This document shows, one piece after another, positions 37,155 through 40,051 of a stretch of 40,051 nt of DNA. Position 1 is the first letter of the stretch, and every line of letters starts with the position of its first letter. The notes under the pieces were generated by a model. The model was given only the letters and a program-made list of their open reading frames with translations. It was not told where the DNA came from and did no database searches. Made by a program: the position numbers and the translations under genes. The stretch is taken from the NCBI GenBank assembly GCA_041946805.1, contig JBHGBC010000044.1:1-40051 (forward strand). Reading direction: 5' to 3'. Origin of the DNA: a bacterium (GTDB lineage: Bacteria; Hinthialibacterota; Hinthialibacteria; Hinthialibacterales; Hinthialibacteraceae).

Positions 37155-38618
37155 ATGGTAACCGATTTAGAAGAAGATGTTTCTTCCACTACATTTCTAA
37201 CGATTCTCAAGCGGGCCACGTACGCCTCCACGGGAACCTTGTTCTCACGGGTGGCCACGGCCATCACGGGGATCGTGATCGCGCGGGCGGTGGGTCCCGG
37301 ACCGTTCGGCGTGTATGTGGCCGTGTTCTCCCTCGTGACGGTGGCCGCGGCCTTCACCGAGACGGGCATGACGTATGGCCTGGTGCGGGATGGAGCGCGG
37401 TCGCCGAAACTCTTGCCGATGCTCCTGGGCAACGTGCTGCTGGTGAAGTCGGTGGTGGGGATCCTGTTTTTGAGCGGGGCCTATTTCCTGATGCCGTTGT
37501 TCATTCCCCATTCCGCGGACGGCTCCACGGAGCGGATCAGCCAATTGATTTTCATCCCCCTGGCGGTCGCCTCGTTCACGAATTTGTGTTCGGACACGGT
37601 GATCGCGGCGATGCATGTGGAGGGGAAGCAGCGCATCGTCTCGTGTTTCATGATTGTCCGGGGGCTGTTGTTTTTGACCGGAACCTTGGTGATCGTCTAT
37701 GAGCGCATGGGCATCGAGACGTTCGCGTGGTGGCAAGGACTCATTTACCTGGCGGCCCTGGTCTCGATGTTTTTTACCATGCTTTCGATCGTTTCGATCT
37801 CCTGGGACATCACGAAGATCTGGGATCAGGTCAAAAATTCGATGGTGTTCGGGATTTCGATCCTGCTGTATGTCGTGTATACCGAGACACCGGTATTGAT
37901 GCTTTCCCGCTACAGTTCGGACGAGGACGTGGGGCATTTTGCGGTGGCCTACCGGTTCATTTATCTCGCCCTGGTGGCGGGAACCACCGCCGCCAACCAG
38001 GCGTTTCTGCCCACGCTGTTCGGGTTGTACAAATCCCACTCCGCCCGGTTCCGCGAAGTGTGCGCGTCGATGCAGAACCTGTTTTTGCCGGCGGGAATGA
38101 TCATCGGGCTGGCGCTGTACGTCAGCGCCGAATCGCTGATCATCCTGCTGCAAGGCGAGCAGTACCGGCCCTCGATTGAAATTATGCGGACCTTGTGCTG
38201 GATCGTGGTCTTCAATTACGGGACCCTGCCGGTGGACGTGGCGTTGACCGCGGGGGACCGGATGTTCATGAAAAACCTGATGCAGTTCTTCGTCACGCTG
38301 ATCATGGTGACGGCCGGCTTCGTGCTGATCAAGTATTACGGCGTGGTGGGCATCAGCTACGCGATGCTGCTGGTGACGTTCTGCTATTTCCTGTTCTTTG
38401 TGCTGTACGCGTACAAAAACGAGATTTATGGTTTTTCCGGATCGATCCGGATGATCGTGCCCCTGGCGTTGACCGTATCCGCCGGCTTATCGGTGATCGA
38501 GGTGCTGCCCCATCACAATTTTCTTTGCATCCTCCTCTTTCTGCTTACCAGCCTGGTGATCTGGTCTCCGAGCCTGGTGCGGTTCGCGCATCTGACACGC
38601 TCCAACGCCTCCTCATGA
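37155..38618 (+). CDS. wzx: Oligosaccharide flippase (Wzx, MOP superfamily)
   Basis: AAGGA RBS; IARAVGPGPFGVY, VGHFAVAYR, FLPTL, LIKYYGVVG; roughly 12-14 hydrophobic segments. Confidence 0.88.
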   Translation: MVTDLEEDVSSTTFLTILKRATYASTGTLFSRVATAITGIVIARAVGPGPFGVYVAVFSLVTVAAAFTETGMTYGLVRDGARSPKLLPMLLGNVLLVKSVVGILFLSGAYFLMPLFIPHSADGSTERISQLIFIPLAVASFTNLCSDTVIAAMHVEGKQRIVSCFMIVRGLLFLTGTLVIVYERMGIETFAWWQGLIYLAALVSMFFTMLSIVSISWDITKIWDQVKNSMVFGISILLYVVYTETPVLMLSRYSSDEDVGHFAVAYRFIYLALVAGTTAANQAFLPTLFGLYKSHSARFREVCASMQNLFLPAGMIIGLALYVSAESLIILLQGEQYRPSIEIMRTLCWIVVFNYGTLPVDVALTAGDRMFMKNLMQFFVTLIMVTAGFVLIKYYGVVGISYAMLLVTFCYFLFFVLYAYKNEIYGFSGSIRMIVPLALTVSAGLSVIEVLPHHNFLCILLFLLTSLVIWSPSLVRFAHLTRSNASS

Positions 38619-38741
38619 GAGGGACGGCATGACCGGAGGGACCGGTCCGCGCCCCGGGAGGGGGATCTCGCCATTCCGGGCCGCCGGTTTCTCGCCTCGA
38701 AAGGGTGAGGGGGTGATCCATGGGAAAGGAATCTGATTTTC

Positions 38742-39860
38742 ATGAAGGTTGGCATGCTCTGTTTCGGCGCGGTCCAATACACGATCGCGTTGACCAACGC
38801 CCTGGCGAAATACGCCGAAGTCGATTTTTATAGCAGCCGTTATCACCTGGACTTGACGGATTCCTCGATCCTTGACGTTCTGGATCCCAAAGTCCGGACC
38901 CATTGCTACGGCGATTATCGCATCCGGGATCCGCGCAACCTGTGGACCTATTACGGGCTGTGCCGGAAGATCCGGGACGAGCGGTACGACGTGCTGCATA
39001 TCCAATCGAGCGCGGCCCCGTGGATGGCCTTGTTTTGGCGGATGCTGCGCTCCACCCCGCTGGTGTTGACGGTGCATGACCCGTACCAGCACGAGGGCCT
39101 ATCGTGGTGGGACCATTACTACAACGAGGCGATGCAGAAACTGTTCGTCCGCAAGGCGCGGAAGATCATTGTCCACGGGGAATTGCTCAAGCTCCAAATG
39201 CGGGAGCGGTATCCGCGGTTAAAAGACAGCGGCCTCGCGATCCTGCCGCACGGCGACTTGTCGATCATGCGCCATTGGGTACCACGGGAACCGCCGAACG
39301 GCGAAACGGGGCCCGCCAACCGGACGATCCTCTTTTTCGGGAGCGTGCGCGCCAACAAGGGATTGGAATATTTGATCCAGTCGGAACCGGTCATCCGGAA
39401 ACGGTTACCGGATTGCCAGATTGTCATCGCGGGTCATTGTGATCATTTTGAACGATACGAGCCATGGATCATGCCGGATTCGAAGATCAGCGTGATCAAC
39501 CAGTTCATCCCCAACCATGAAGTCCAAGCCTATTTTGAGAACGCCGCCGTTGTGGTGCTGCCGTACATTTCCGCCACCCAGACGGGAATCATTCCGCTGG
39601 CGTATTCGTTCGGAAAACCGGTGGTGGCTTCAAGGGTGGGCGCCATCCCGGAGGTGGTGGAAGAGGGAAAGACGGGGTACCTGGTCGAGCCCCGGGATCC
39701 CCAGGCCTTGGGCGAGGCCATCGTCAAAGTGTTGGAGGATGAGGACCAATACCGGACGATGAGCGAATATGTCAAAAAATATTGCGAGGAAGCTCTCTCT
39801 TGGGATACGATCGCCCAGAAAACCATCCGGATCTACGAACAGGTCGGGAAGGGCGGGTAA
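38742..39860 (+). CDS. Glycosyltransferase family 4
   Basis: LTVHDP, FFGSVRANKGLEYL, VVLPYISATQTG, FGKPVVASRVGAIPEVV..GYLVEPRD. Confidence 0.93.
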   Translation: MKVGMLCFGAVQYTIALTNALAKYAEVDFYSSRYHLDLTDSSILDVLDPKVRTHCYGDYRIRDPRNLWTYYGLCRKIRDERYDVLHIQSSAAPWMALFWRMLRSTPLVLTVHDPYQHEGLSWWDHYYNEAMQKLFVRKARKIIVHGELLKLQMRERYPRLKDSGLAILPHGDLSIMRHWVPREPPNGETGPANRTILFFGSVRANKGLEYLIQSEPVIRKRLPDCQIVIAGHCDHFERYEPWIMPDSKISVINQFIPNHEVQAYFENAAVVVLPYISATQTGIIPLAYSFGKPVVASRVGAIPEVVEEGKTGYLVEPRDPQALGEAIVKVLEDEDQYRTMSEYVKKYCEEALSWDTIAQKTIRIYEQVGKGG

Positions 39861-39907
39861 GATGCTGCCCGGGCGTAAGCCCATGGGAGGGGAATATCGA
39901 AAAATCG

Positions 39908-40051
39908 GGCTCATCCGGTAAGTGCGTATTTTTTTTCAGTGGTTTGCTAGGCAATCCCATTAAACCGTCTGGAGAGAATGACTCTCAAGTCCCTCTCTCT
40001 GGGCGGGCGGATTGGATAGGGGAAAGCCCTTTCACCCCGCTGTGCCTCTCT
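39908..40051 (+). mobile_element. MITE copy D (runs off window end)
   Basis: Left TIR GGCTCATCCGGTAAGTGCGTAT + T-tract + CAG; degenerate core starts 83 bp in (39991), the same offset as copy A. Confidence 0.7.

Overview
GC-rich bacterial chromosomal window. The orphan FTLIELLIVVAIIGILAAIAVPNF prepilin-like genes, Tat-exported Gfo/Idh/MocA enzyme, beta-helix proteins and a C-terminal 'TAVMEWDLL' tail suggest a Sumerlaeota/Hinthialibacterota(OLB16)- or PVC-like organism; this taxonomy is inference only. Positions 1-24 kb are a mosaic of mostly unlinked genes: 2 Gfo/Idh/MocA oxidoreductases, murJ, cutC, 2 secreted beta-helix carbohydrate enzymes, SRAP, a redoxin, orphan hicB, an EEP hydrolase, DUF1801, a DNRLRE protein, a ceramidase-like hydrolase, 2 convergent prepilin-like genes, a UbiA prenyltransferase and a UVR-motif protein. 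Positions 25.5-40 kb are a Wzx/Wzy-type exopolysaccharide locus: Wza, co-polymerase, ExeA-TM-LysM ATPase, a CpsD/CapB-like protein lacking the Walker A lysine, a degenerate GGDEF protein with an intact RxxD site coupled to the priming transferase, a dehydrogenase, Wzy/ligase, methyltransferase, Wzx and GT4. The strongest non-coding signal is a family of ~210-bp non-autonomous mobile elements (6 copies; 22-bp terminal inverted repeats; a perfect 8-bp target duplication at one copy). Each carries a BoxC-like palindrome that also occurs outside them (about 14 copies in total). One copy truncates an MNT antitoxin-like gene and another sits where hicA would be expected. No rRNA, tRNA, CRISPR array or transposase was recognised.
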